Shown in pieces: positions 46,649 to 55,541 of a stretch of 60,523 bases of DNA. Source of the stretch: Candidatus Methanospirareceae archaeon (GTDB taxonomy: Archaea; Halobacteriota; Syntropharchaeia; Alkanophagales; Methanospirareceae). Where the stretch lies: positions 1 to 60,523 of the forward strand of contig JBNGDK010000006.1 in NCBI GenBank assembly GCA_049975405.1. The letters are read 5' to 3'. Below the pieces are notes generated by a model. The model was not told the origin of the DNA and made no database searches. It saw nothing but the letters and a program-made list of their open reading frames with translations. The translations under genes and the position numbers were made by a program. Each line of letters opens with the position of its first letter. Position 1 is the first letter of the stretch.

Positions 46649-48421
46649 TTACAAATAATAATACTTCCCGCTCTGCTTCTGCTCACGGTCCTTTGCCGAC
46701 CCGATCTTATTGATCCGCGGCCGGAGCGTGCTCTCGTCGCGTCTGAAGGTCACACCCAGCTCTTTCAGGAACGAGTTCATGCCCGCACGCATATCAAAAA
46801 TCCCGGTGATCTCACCACGAATACCCGGCGTGCCCTCGAAGACCATCAACCGATCGCTCAGCATGTCGATCAGGTAAATGTCGTGATCAACGATCAGCAT
46901 CGAGACGGTGCGTCGTTCCGCGTACCGTCGCAGTGTCTTGATCAATCGCACCTTCTGCTCGACATCGAGGTGCGCCGACGGCTCGTCCAGCACGTAAAAC
47001 GGGGCGTCCCGGCACAGGCACGCGGCAATCGCCACGCTCTGTAGCTCGCCGCCGCTGAGGTCCGTAATAACCTTCTCCTCAATCTCCGGGATACCTAGCG
47101 GTCTGATCACCTCGATGACGTCCGCCTCGGTCAATCCGTCTTCCTTAAGCGAATAGAGGAAATCCTTCACCTTCATGTCCAGCTCCCCACGAATGTACTG
47201 TGGCTTGTATGATACGGTGATATCGAGCTCAATGCTTCCCGATGTCGGAGCGACGTCGCCCACCAGAACCTTTACAAAGGTACTCTTCCCGATCGCGTTA
47301 CGGCCGACGCCACCAAGCACCTCACCTTCCGCGATACTGCCCGGCTTCGCCTCCAGCACAAACCCGCTCTCGTTGTAGCGTTTCTCAAAGCCCTCGTATT
47401 CGATGTATACAGGTCGCTCTTCAAGCGTTTCGCGTGGCGGATGCGCCGTGAACTCGATCGGCTTGTCCCGTATCCGCACATTCTCTGCATGTAAGAATCC
47501 ACTCAGATATTCATTGATGCCCCTGCTCGTGCTCTTCGGCATGGTGACCACGCCGTACTCGCCCGGCGTGCCGTAGAGCAGATGCACGTAGTCTGCAAGC
47601 ATATCAAGGATGGCGAGATCATGTTCTACCACGATCACCGCCTTCTCCTCCAGTGCTGTCCGTATCCCTTTCGCCACGCGCACGCGCTGATAGATATCGA
47701 GATAGGGCGTTACTTCATCAAGGAAGTAGAAATCGGCATCGCGAATCAGACAGGCGATCACCGCAACGCGCTGTAGTTCGCCGCCACTGAGCGATTTGAT
47801 GTCCGTATCCAACGCTGTCTCGATCTCAAACTCTCTGGCAAGCTCTGATGCTTCGCCGGTTTCGTCCGTGCTCGCGAGCAGCTCGGCGGCTGAACCCTCG
47901 AAGTATCGGGGTATCGCATCAACGTACTGCGGCTTATAGGAGACTTTAATGCTGTTCTTAGCGAGTTTGTCGAAGTAGTTCTGCAGCTCGGAGCCGGCGT
48001 AGCGTTTGATGATCTCACCCCATGGCACCTCAGTCTCAATTCTTCCCAGGTTCGGCCGCTGCAGCCCCGCGAGGATCTTCACCGCGGTGCTCTTCCCGAT
48101 ACCGTTCTGGCCGAGCAGCCCGGTAATTTTGCCTGGCTTGGGGATCGGCATGCCATAGAGCACGAACCCATTTTCGCCGTACCGGTGCGTCTCTTCACCT
48201 TCCAGTTCCTCGGGTAGGCCGATGATCGAGATCGCTTTGAACGGGCATTTCTTGATGCAGATTCCGCAGCCCTCGCATAACTCCTCTGAGATGATTGGCT
48301 TGCCGTCTGCGCCCAGAACGACGGTCTCCTCGCCCGTTCTCACCATGGGGCAGTACTTCATGCACTCGTAGGTGCACTTCTTCGGCTGGCACTTGTCCTT
48401 CTTCACGATCGCGATACGCAT
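46649..48421 (-). CDS. abce1: ABCE1 ribosome-recycling ATPase (RNase L inhibitor homologue)
   Basis: N-terminal 2x[4Fe-4S] Cys clusters (CQPKKC..EC..YCP; CEGCGICIKKCP). Two ABC cassettes (GQNGIGKST, LSGGELQR, GRNAIGKST, LSGGELQ). Confidence 0.95.
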   Translation of the reverse strand: MRIAIVKKDKCQPKKCTYECMKYCPMVRTGEETVVLGADGKPIISEELCEGCGICIKKCPFKAISIIGLPEELEGEETHRYGENGFVLYGMPIPKPGKITGLLGQNGIGKSTAVKILAGLQRPNLGRIETEVPWGEIIKRYAGSELQNYFDKLAKNSIKVSYKPQYVDAIPRYFEGSAAELLASTDETGEASELAREFEIETALDTDIKSLSGGELQRVAVIACLIRDADFYFLDEVTPYLDIYQRVRVAKGIRTALEEKAVIVVEHDLAILDMLADYVHLLYGTPGEYGVVTMPKSTSRGINEYLSGFLHAENVRIRDKPIEFTAHPPRETLEERPVYIEYEGFEKRYNESGFVLEAKPGSIAEGEVLGGVGRNAIGKSTFVKVLVGDVAPTSGSIELDITVSYKPQYIRGELDMKVKDFLYSLKEDGLTEADVIEVIRPLGIPEIEEKVITDLSGGELQSVAIAACLCRDAPFYVLDEPSAHLDVEQKVRLIKTLRRYAERRTVSMLIVDHDIYLIDMLSDRLMVFEGTPGIRGEITGIFDMRAGMNSFLKELGVTFRRDESTLRPRINKIGSAKDREQKQSGKYYYL

Positions 48422-48430
48422 CTTCGTTCG

Positions 48431-49249
48431 TTACCTGCCCACGTGCATCAGAGCTCGCAGCTCGTCGTAACGCTCGTCTTCTAGCGCCGCTATGAGGGAT
48501 ATATTATGCGTCATTCCTGCCTCCGTGTCCAGTGCTCGCCCCTCAAGATCCGTTAGCGTGCCTCCTGCCATCTGCAAGATCAGGGCAGCGCCGGCGATAT
48601 CATAGCCGTTGATGAGTCCCCGCACGTCGAGAAAGCCATCTATCGCGCCCTCCGCAACCATACAGAGCTCCAGCGCTACGCTGCCCAGCACCCTGATCAC
48701 CTTATCCCCGTTCGCCGTGAGGAACGCGAGTACCGCTTCAGGAATCGAGGTTGCACCATAGGTATAAATCGAGAAAGCCCGTTTCGTCTTACCCTGTATC
48801 GTACGTGGCAGCCGGGTGCCATCAACCCAGGCGTGTCCACCCCGCATCGCGTAGTACGTCTTTCCGTAGATCGCAGCAACAACACTCGCCTGAATATCAT
48901 CAAACCGTACGTGCTCGACATTCGGCGAATAAGCAATCGAGGAGCAGAAGATCGGGATGCCCATCACGACATTGGAGGAGCCGTCAATCGGGTCGAAAAT
49001 GAGGGTGAATTCCGGCTCGCCACCTGCAGGATAGACATGATCGCCCAGTTCCTCTGAAATGATGCGTGCACAGCGCTCACGCCGCTGTAGTGCGCGATGC
49101 ATCGCCTCTTCCGCAAGGAGATCTATCCTCCGCGTGACGTCCTGCGGCCTTCGTTTCAGCACTTCGCCGTAATCCGTAGATTCAGCAAGACAGCCCTGTA
49201 TTGCCGTTCTGATCTCCGTGGCGAGCGCTAAGAGCTCTTTGATCTCCAT
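48431..49249 (-). CDS. suhB: Inositol monophosphatase / fructose-1,6-bisphosphatase family protein
   Basis: FDPIDGSSN and G..D.F.D metal-binding motifs. Confidence 0.8.
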   Translation of the reverse strand: MEIKELLALATEIRTAIQGCLAESTDYGEVLKRRPQDVTRRIDLLAEEAMHRALQRRERCARIISEELGDHVYPAGGEPEFTLIFDPIDGSSNVVMGIPIFCSSIAYSPNVEHVRFDDIQASVVAAIYGKTYYAMRGGHAWVDGTRLPRTIQGKTKRAFSIYTYGATSIPEAVLAFLTANGDKVIRVLGSVALELCMVAEGAIDGFLDVRGLINGYDIAGAALILQMAGGTLTDLEGRALDTEAGMTHNISLIAALEDERYDELRALMHVGR

Positions 49250-49266
49250 TCGAACCTCAAAACTCG

Positions 49267-50259
49267 TTATTGCTCTGCCGAGTGCGTCCTGCGCTCCTGC
49301 TCCTTCAAGCCCGCTTCACGCTTCTCAGCCTGCTTCTGGCCGAGCGCAGCGATGGCAGACCTGTCCATAGGCTTCGCCTCGATGAAGCCCCAGTGCTGCG
49401 CACTCTCAAAGACCTCCTTGCCCATATCGGTATGCACAATCACCGTCGAAGCGCCCTCTGCTGCGCCAATCGAGCCCACACTGAGGTCAGCAAACTGCCC
49501 GGTGAGATCCTCGCAGATCTTACACCCCGCTCGTTTCTCACCTTCGCTGGTGAACACGCCATCGCAAAAGACCGCGATTCGTAATCGCACCACGGACGAG
49601 AAATTATGAGCATTGTGCGTCTCGCGACCGACAGCAAGCATCTTCTCATACGCTTCCATCTGACACGGCGTCCCGACCAGCGCAACAGACCAAAGCCCGT
49701 GATTCACTATTGCATCGGCCACGCCGGTCATCGCAGCCGCAGCGCCGTAATTGCCGCCTGAATGCTCGATCAAGGCGCCTTTGTGCAGCGCAATATGCAC
49801 CTCCGGCAGAGCACCACCATCCGCATCCGAGACCGTGACAACGCCCTCAACGAGCGCATCGGCCAGTGCGGAAGAGAGTAGCGACGTGAGCACATCGTCG
49901 GCCACGCCGGCAGCCGTTATTTCCTCATCGCTATTAACCACTTCATAGTACTCTTCCAGGCCTTCTGGTAACGAGGGCTTCCCCACCCGCGGACACTGAT
50001 AATAGCAATAGCCACAATCGATCGGGCACTGAAGCTCGTCACCCATCGCCGCCCTTACTAATGGAGCTGCTGCGCACGCTTCACCTGTCGTTGCAGGTGA
50101 CTGATGGCCCCCAAATACCGGCAGGCCAGATACCAGGTCCATGCTGAGAAAATCGAGATCGAGTAACCGACATATAGCCACGCATGCACCGCAGCCTGAA
50201 CACGCACCTACATCAATAACGTCACGCTTCAAATCACTGAATTCCTTCCTCTTTTCCAT
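49267..50259 (-). CDS. FrhB/FdhB-family (coenzyme F420 hydrogenase/dehydrogenase beta-like) Fe-S flavoprotein
   Basis: Cys clusters CSGCGACVAIC and CGYCYYQCP. VALVGTPCQ segment typical of the FrhB family. Confidence 0.7.
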   Translation of the reverse strand: MEKRKEFSDLKRDVIDVGACSGCGACVAICRLLDLDFLSMDLVSGLPVFGGHQSPATTGEACAAAPLVRAAMGDELQCPIDCGYCYYQCPRVGKPSLPEGLEEYYEVVNSDEEITAAGVADDVLTSLLSSALADALVEGVVTVSDADGGALPEVHIALHKGALIEHSGGNYGAAAAMTGVADAIVNHGLWSVALVGTPCQMEAYEKMLAVGRETHNAHNFSSVVRLRIAVFCDGVFTSEGEKRAGCKICEDLTGQFADLSVGSIGAAEGASTVIVHTDMGKEVFESAQHWGFIEAKPMDRSAIAALGQKQAEKREAGLKEQERRTHSAEQ

Positions 50260-50440
50260 TTTTCTTACGTTCCATCCCGCTCCTGATCAATGGTTTGCTC
50301 CTACCATTACATGCCGCGGGGCATATAAAAATTATCATTCCCGTCCCAGCGTAGCGTAAAAACGAAAGGTTTTAAAAGCTGTACATTTCGTTGGTTTATA
50401 TGGCCTGGATGTCTTGGGATAATAGGTGCGAGCGGTATCG

Positions 50441-52561
50441 ATGTTGAAGCCAGCAGAGATGAGGGAGCTGCGGATTCTCGTCCTGGACAAGGACGTGGAC
50501 AGTGTCATCAAACGGCTCGACGCGCTCAGGAATGTTCATATTACAGATATCAAGGACTTTTACGATGAGTGGTCTGGGCTGATCGAGCCTGCGAAAGCTG
50601 AGGAGACCGCACTGAAAGCTTCTGAATTGCTCACGAGGCTGGATAACCTGATCGCTTCACTGAGACCCGCGGAAACCGAGACTGCTGGTATAGTTACGGT
50701 AGGCTCGGCGGTGCGAGCATCAGGAGAAGAGATTGACCTCGATGCTATAGAACGGGAGTTCAGAAGCCTTGAGCAGACCGTTAAGGCATTAACGAGCGAG
50801 CGCGAGAAGTTACGGGACGCGTTGGCTCGTCCCCGGGAACTCTTAAAGGTAATAGGGATTTTAGAAGGATTTGGCATTGATCTGGATTTCATCGGCGAGA
50901 AGGCATTTACTGCGGTCTCTGTGGGCAAGGTAGCGAGCAGGAATCTCGATGAGCTGCGTACCGCGCTCGAGACCGTTACTGGTGAGCATCACGTTCTCGT
51001 CTCGCGCCGGACAACGGATGAAGGAGAAGCGGCCGACTTTGACGCCGTCGTTATTGCTACGCTCATGAAGGATAAGGAGGAGGTGGCACGGGCGCTGCGC
51101 ATGACGGACTTTGAGCCTTTCCACCTGCCCCTGCAGGAACTCCCCGCAAAAAGCACGGACGCCAAGGCGGCGATCGAATTGGAGATCCAGCAGCTTGAGG
51201 CTGAACAAAAGGAGAAAGAACGCGCACTTGATGAGATCAGGGAGACGCGACTCCAGGATCTCCTGGAGATGCAGGAGCTCGTTGCGATCGAGGAGAGCAA
51301 GGCGAAAGTGAAAGCCCTCTTCGGTGCGAGCGAACGGGTGCGCGTGCTCGAGGGCTGGACGCCCAAGAATGAAGTTGACGCGGTGATCAACGGGATTAAT
51401 AGCGAGGTGGGGGGCTTATGCGTCATCGAAGTACGCGAGCCCAGGCGAGATGATGTGCGCGTGCCCACGTTATTGAAGAATCCGAAGCTGGTCAAGCCGT
51501 TTGAATCCATCATTCGCATGTACAGCCTGCCGTCGTACCGGGACATCGATCCGACGCTCGTTACGGCGATTTTATTCCCCGTGCTCTTCGGGCTCATGTT
51601 CCCTGATATCGGGCACGGCTTCTTACTGCTCCTGCTGGGAGCGTTGATGCTCTTCGAAGTGAAGTTGAAAGGCCTCAAAGAGTGGGGGATGATCATTTCA
51701 CTCTGCGGCATTTGTGCCATTGGCGGTGGCGTGCTCTTCGGCGAATTCTTCGGGTTCAGTGAATACGCCGCGCACCTCGTCCATTCGTCAATGCACATGG
51801 AGGTACCGCATCTACTGCATTCGCTCTTCATCCATAAACCGCTCTGGTTCGAGCCGATACCGAACGTAACGGGGATGTTCGTCATTACGCTGTTAATCGG
51901 TGCACTGCACATGGGTCTTGGCGTGGCTTTCGGTGTGAAGAACAAGCTCGCTGATCAGGATATGCTGGGAACAGTCATCGAGATCGTCAAGATCTGGACG
52001 TTAATTGGCGCGCTCTATTTCCTGCTTATCCTGCTTATTTCCTCGGTCGCCGACTCTGAGATTGGCGTTATCGTTGCCCTTGCGAGTGCGCTTGGTAGTA
52101 TCAACGTCATGCAGGGCTTTGTGGTGCTCGTTGTGGCCCCGATACTCGTGCTCTTCCTGCTCTGCTTCACTGTGGAAGTGAAGCACGAACGCGCGCACGG
52201 GAAACTATCCTTTATTGATTTTTTCATCATTGCCATAACCGGTGTGATCGAGGCGGTCCTGGAGAACTTCTTCAGGTTCCTCGCTAATACCATCTCTTAT
52301 GGCCGAATTCTCGCGCTCGCGTTAGCGCACGCGGCGCTGATCGAGGTATTCATTCTCCTGACCTTCATGAGCTCCCAGATTAACATTGCGTTCGCCGCGG
52401 TTGTCTTCATCCTGGGCACAGCAATCGTGGTGATTCTCGAGGCGATCATGTCCGGCATCCACGCGGTCAGGCTGCACTACTACGAGTGGTTCACGAAATT
52501 TTATCACGGCGGCGGTATCGAATTCACGCCCTTTAAGTTCCGGCGGACGCTTACCCGATAA
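50441..52561 (+). CDS. atpI: A/V-type ATP synthase subunit I (a-subunit)
   Basis: Long N-terminal coiled-coil cytoplasmic domain plus a C-terminal polytopic domain with the conserved ISYGRILALALAH Arg motif. Start at ATG 50441; GTG 50426 is also possible. Confidence 0.85.
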   Translation: MLKPAEMRELRILVLDKDVDSVIKRLDALRNVHITDIKDFYDEWSGLIEPAKAEETALKASELLTRLDNLIASLRPAETETAGIVTVGSAVRASGEEIDLDAIEREFRSLEQTVKALTSEREKLRDALARPRELLKVIGILEGFGIDLDFIGEKAFTAVSVGKVASRNLDELRTALETVTGEHHVLVSRRTTDEGEAADFDAVVIATLMKDKEEVARALRMTDFEPFHLPLQELPAKSTDAKAAIELEIQQLEAEQKEKERALDEIRETRLQDLLEMQELVAIEESKAKVKALFGASERVRVLEGWTPKNEVDAVINGINSEVGGLCVIEVREPRRDDVRVPTLLKNPKLVKPFESIIRMYSLPSYRDIDPTLVTAILFPVLFGLMFPDIGHGFLLLLLGALMLFEVKLKGLKEWGMIISLCGICAIGGGVLFGEFFGFSEYAAHLVHSSMHMEVPHLLHSLFIHKPLWFEPIPNVTGMFVITLLIGALHMGLGVAFGVKNKLADQDMLGTVIEIVKIWTLIGALYFLLILLISSVADSEIGVIVALASALGSINVMQGFVVLVVAPILVLFLLCFTVEVKHERAHGKLSFIDFFIIAITGVIEAVLENFFRFLANTISYGRILALALAHAALIEVFILLTFMSSQINIAFAAVVFILGTAIVVILEAIMSGIHAVRLHYYEWFTKFYHGGGIEFTPFKFRRTLTR

Positions 52562-52586
52562 GGGGCTCGGTGGCTCACGGAGTTCC

Positions 52587-53492
52587 TCACTGCATCCGCT
52601 CGAGTATCTCGCACGCCTTACAGATACTGGTTGCGGAGGCATCACCACATCGTTCGCACCGTAGCAGTTTTTGCGATGAGTCTGCGTGCGGTAGAAATTC
52701 CGCCAGCCGCTGATAACCGCGCATCACCGCATATTTCGTCCCGGGATGCTTGCTTTCAAGCTCGTTCAATAGCCCTTTAACGCTGAACCGGAACGAGCGT
52801 GCAGCATAGGGGCACGATGCGGTAATGATCGGTATGTTTGCGAGGAACGCGTAGAGCGCAACCTCCTTCTCGGGCACATCTCGTAGTGGCTTGATGCGCG
52901 GAACGAATTCCTCTCGACGCCCGTTCAGCCGGGCCAGCCGCTGGAGATCGCCCCGGAGATAATTGATCATGATTGTCTGCACTTCATCGTCAAGGTTGTG
53001 CGCGGTAGCCATCTTTGTGGCGCCCAGCTCTTTCGCCTTCCGATCAATGAGCTTCCGTCGGAGCACGCCGCAGAACGTGCAGGGCGCCTGCTCGAACCCT
53101 CGCGCTGCGATTTGATCAATGGTCACGCCAAACTCCTCGGAGAATGAATAGCAGTGGAAATCCACGCCAAGCTGGTTCGCTAGCTGTTCAGCATGTGCGA
53201 GTGTGAGTGCACGAAAGTCGTGTATACCCTCATCTATAGCGATCGCGAAGAAGGTCAAATCGGGGCGGTTGCGAAAGATCCTCGTGAGCATGAGGAGCAA
53301 TGCAGAGCTGTCCTTGCCACCGCTCAGGGCTACCGCGATCGTATCACCATGCTCCACCATCAGTCGTTTCCGCATCTCCCGCTTTACCTTCCGCTCGACA
53401 TCCTCACTGAAATGCACGTCGCAGAGGTGGAGGCCCGAATAGCGCTGATGGATGATTGCGGGATTGCTGCATGAGCGTTTGCTGCAGTTCAT
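52587..53492 (-). CDS. tRNA 2-thiolation PP-loop ATPase (NcsA/TtuA family)
   Basis: N- and C-terminal CxxC pairs. PP-loop ALSGGKDS. H..DD...T...N. Confidence 0.8.
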   Translation of the reverse strand: MNCSKRSCSNPAIIHQRYSGLHLCDVHFSEDVERKVKREMRKRLMVEHGDTIAVALSGGKDSSALLLMLTRIFRNRPDLTFFAIAIDEGIHDFRALTLAHAEQLANQLGVDFHCYSFSEEFGVTIDQIAARGFEQAPCTFCGVLRRKLIDRKAKELGATKMATAHNLDDEVQTIMINYLRGDLQRLARLNGRREEFVPRIKPLRDVPEKEVALYAFLANIPIITASCPYAARSFRFSVKGLLNELESKHPGTKYAVMRGYQRLAEFLPHADSSQKLLRCERCGDASATSICKACEILERMQ

Positions 53493-53563
53493 CGGTCGGT
53501 GTACTATTTATGGGATGAGAGGGATAAGTAACAGCGACCGGAATGAACGGGTGAGGTTGAGCG

Positions 53564-55423
53564 GTGGCACTAGAGATCCGATTTGTGGAAACATGGGCTA
53601 AACAGACATTCTATTACGTAATTATCGGTATTTTAGTCGGTTTTACCATCGTCGCCTTTTTTCTCGCCCTCAATTTCGTGCAGCCATTGTTCCTGGAGTT
53701 CCTCGGCGGGTACCGCGCGCCTGCACCCCACTACGAGCGCCATTTCTTCTCCTTCAGTCCACTCTTTGGTGATGCGTTTGAAACCCTTCACGTGCTGCTG
53801 CTTTTGGCGCTGCTGCCGGCGATCGGCGGCTTGATCGTCGGCTTGATCAAGTACAAGCTACTGCCTGTCGAGAACCCGGAGTTGCATGAGACCGATACGT
53901 TCATTGACGGATTTCACAATAAGAGCGGTATTCTCAGTGGCAAGAACAGCCTGATTCGGGGCATCTGCTCAGTCGTGACCCTTGGATCCGGTGGTAGCGC
54001 GGGACGTGAGGGGCCGAGTGCGATGCTCGGTGCTGCGGTTGGCTCTCTCAGCTCCAAATTCCTCAAAGCGGATGAACGTGAACGGCGGAAGATCGTCGCT
54101 GCAGCTGGAGGCGCGGGCATCGCTGCAATCTTCAAATCGCCGCTCGGTGGCGCGTTCTTTGGCATTGAAACCCTGTACAAACGCGATATGGAAATAGAAG
54201 CTTTGGTGCCCGCGATCATCTGCTCCATCACGGCGTATATCGTCTCAAGCTCCTTCCTTGGTCTCGGCCATCTTTATGCGATCGGCACGTACGATCTAGA
54301 AGCCGTTTTAAAGCCCGTTTCACTCCTCCTCTTCCTGATCCTGGGGGTCGTAGTCGTACCGTTCGTCTTCCTCTTCATCAAACTGCTGGATATGTCGCGC
54401 TCCTTCTTCTTTGAGTATTTGCACATTCACGACGCGTTGAAACCCGCGATCGGTGGCTTGCTACTCGGCTTACTCTTCCTCATCGGCTATTTCTTCATGC
54501 ATCTTCTGGACAATGGAGAGAAGGGTTCTGGTGTGGCAGGAGGTTTATTTGGCGGCGGTTACGGCTTCATCCAGTTGACCTTTTATGGCGAGCTCGCCGT
54601 AAGCGTGCTGGCCTTCGTGGCCGTGGCGAAGATCGTAGGCACAGCACTTACCCTGGGCTCTGGTGGGAGTGGCGGGTCGTTTCTGCCTTCACTCACCATC
54701 GGCGCCGCTCTGGGCGGTGTATTTGGTCAAGTGCTCAGCTATCTCTTCCCCGGCACGGTAGAGGATCCCTGGCTCTTTTCACTCATCGGTGCGGCCGCAT
54801 TCCTTGGCGCGGCTGCCAATACGCCGCTCACCGCATTATTTATCGTCTCTGAGATCTCAGGCTCTTACGAACTCTTCGTGCCTGCATTGCTCGCCATCGT
54901 ACCCGCCTACTCTCTTGTACGAAAACAAACGGTCTATCCGGGACAGTACGAGCTGCGTAAAGATTCACCTGCGCATCGGCGTGAATTTGCGATAGACATC
55001 CTTGAAGGCTTAAAGGTCCAAGATGCCTATACGAAGGACGTGCTCACCATACAGAAGGATAAAACGGTAAAAGAGGCGCTCTATTTCGCGGATCAGAGCG
55101 GGCATATCACCTTCCCGGTTGTTGATGATCGGGGGAAGATGATCGGGATAACCACCGTCATCGATCTGGAGAAGGAGCGAGAGGAGGGTTCGGAATATAA
55201 GAAGGTGGAGCGAATGTGCGTGAAGAAAGTCGTGGTGACCTATCCTGACGAGGCACTCGAGGACGCGCTCCGTAAGATGGACACCTTCCACGTGGGTCGC
55301 TTGCCGGTAGTAAAAGGAGCAGATGATGAGGAGCGGAAAGAGCTGCTCGGAATCATTGGCCGGTCTGACATCATACGAGAGCACTTCCGTAAGTGGGCGT
55401 ATCTCAAAACTGCCACGTCTTAA
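53564..55423 (+). CDS. ClC-family chloride channel/transporter with C-terminal CBS pair
   Basis: GSGGSAGREGP, GGAFFGIE and G.GGSGGSF.PSL selectivity motifs. Two CBS-like segments at the C-terminus. GTG start. Confidence 0.85.
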   Translation: MALEIRFVETWAKQTFYYVIIGILVGFTIVAFFLALNFVQPLFLEFLGGYRAPAPHYERHFFSFSPLFGDAFETLHVLLLLALLPAIGGLIVGLIKYKLLPVENPELHETDTFIDGFHNKSGILSGKNSLIRGICSVVTLGSGGSAGREGPSAMLGAAVGSLSSKFLKADERERRKIVAAAGGAGIAAIFKSPLGGAFFGIETLYKRDMEIEALVPAIICSITAYIVSSSFLGLGHLYAIGTYDLEAVLKPVSLLLFLILGVVVVPFVFLFIKLLDMSRSFFFEYLHIHDALKPAIGGLLLGLLFLIGYFFMHLLDNGEKGSGVAGGLFGGGYGFIQLTFYGELAVSVLAFVAVAKIVGTALTLGSGGSGGSFLPSLTIGAALGGVFGQVLSYLFPGTVEDPWLFSLIGAAAFLGAAANTPLTALFIVSEISGSYELFVPALLAIVPAYSLVRKQTVYPGQYELRKDSPAHRREFAIDILEGLKVQDAYTKDVLTIQKDKTVKEALYFADQSGHITFPVVDDRGKMIGITTVIDLEKEREEGSEYKKVERMCVKKVVVTYPDEALEDALRKMDTFHVGRLPVVKGADDEERKELLGIIGRSDIIREHFRKWAYLKTATS

Positions 55424-55541
55424 GCCTCATTGTCCCCTGCACGCGTCAGCCGTGGCACGCGTGTGTGAGAACAATTCCTAAAAAGTTTTTGTACTCGCTT
55501 GTTATACTCGATAAACAGAGGGAGGGGAAGAGAGCGAAAAA

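Noticed and set aside
50989-51945. 318-aa minus-strand ORF inside atpI; also 31959..32660, 36430..37062 and 40029..40991
   Set aside because: Antisense shadows of confidently identified genes, with Ser/Arg-rich translations and no motifs.
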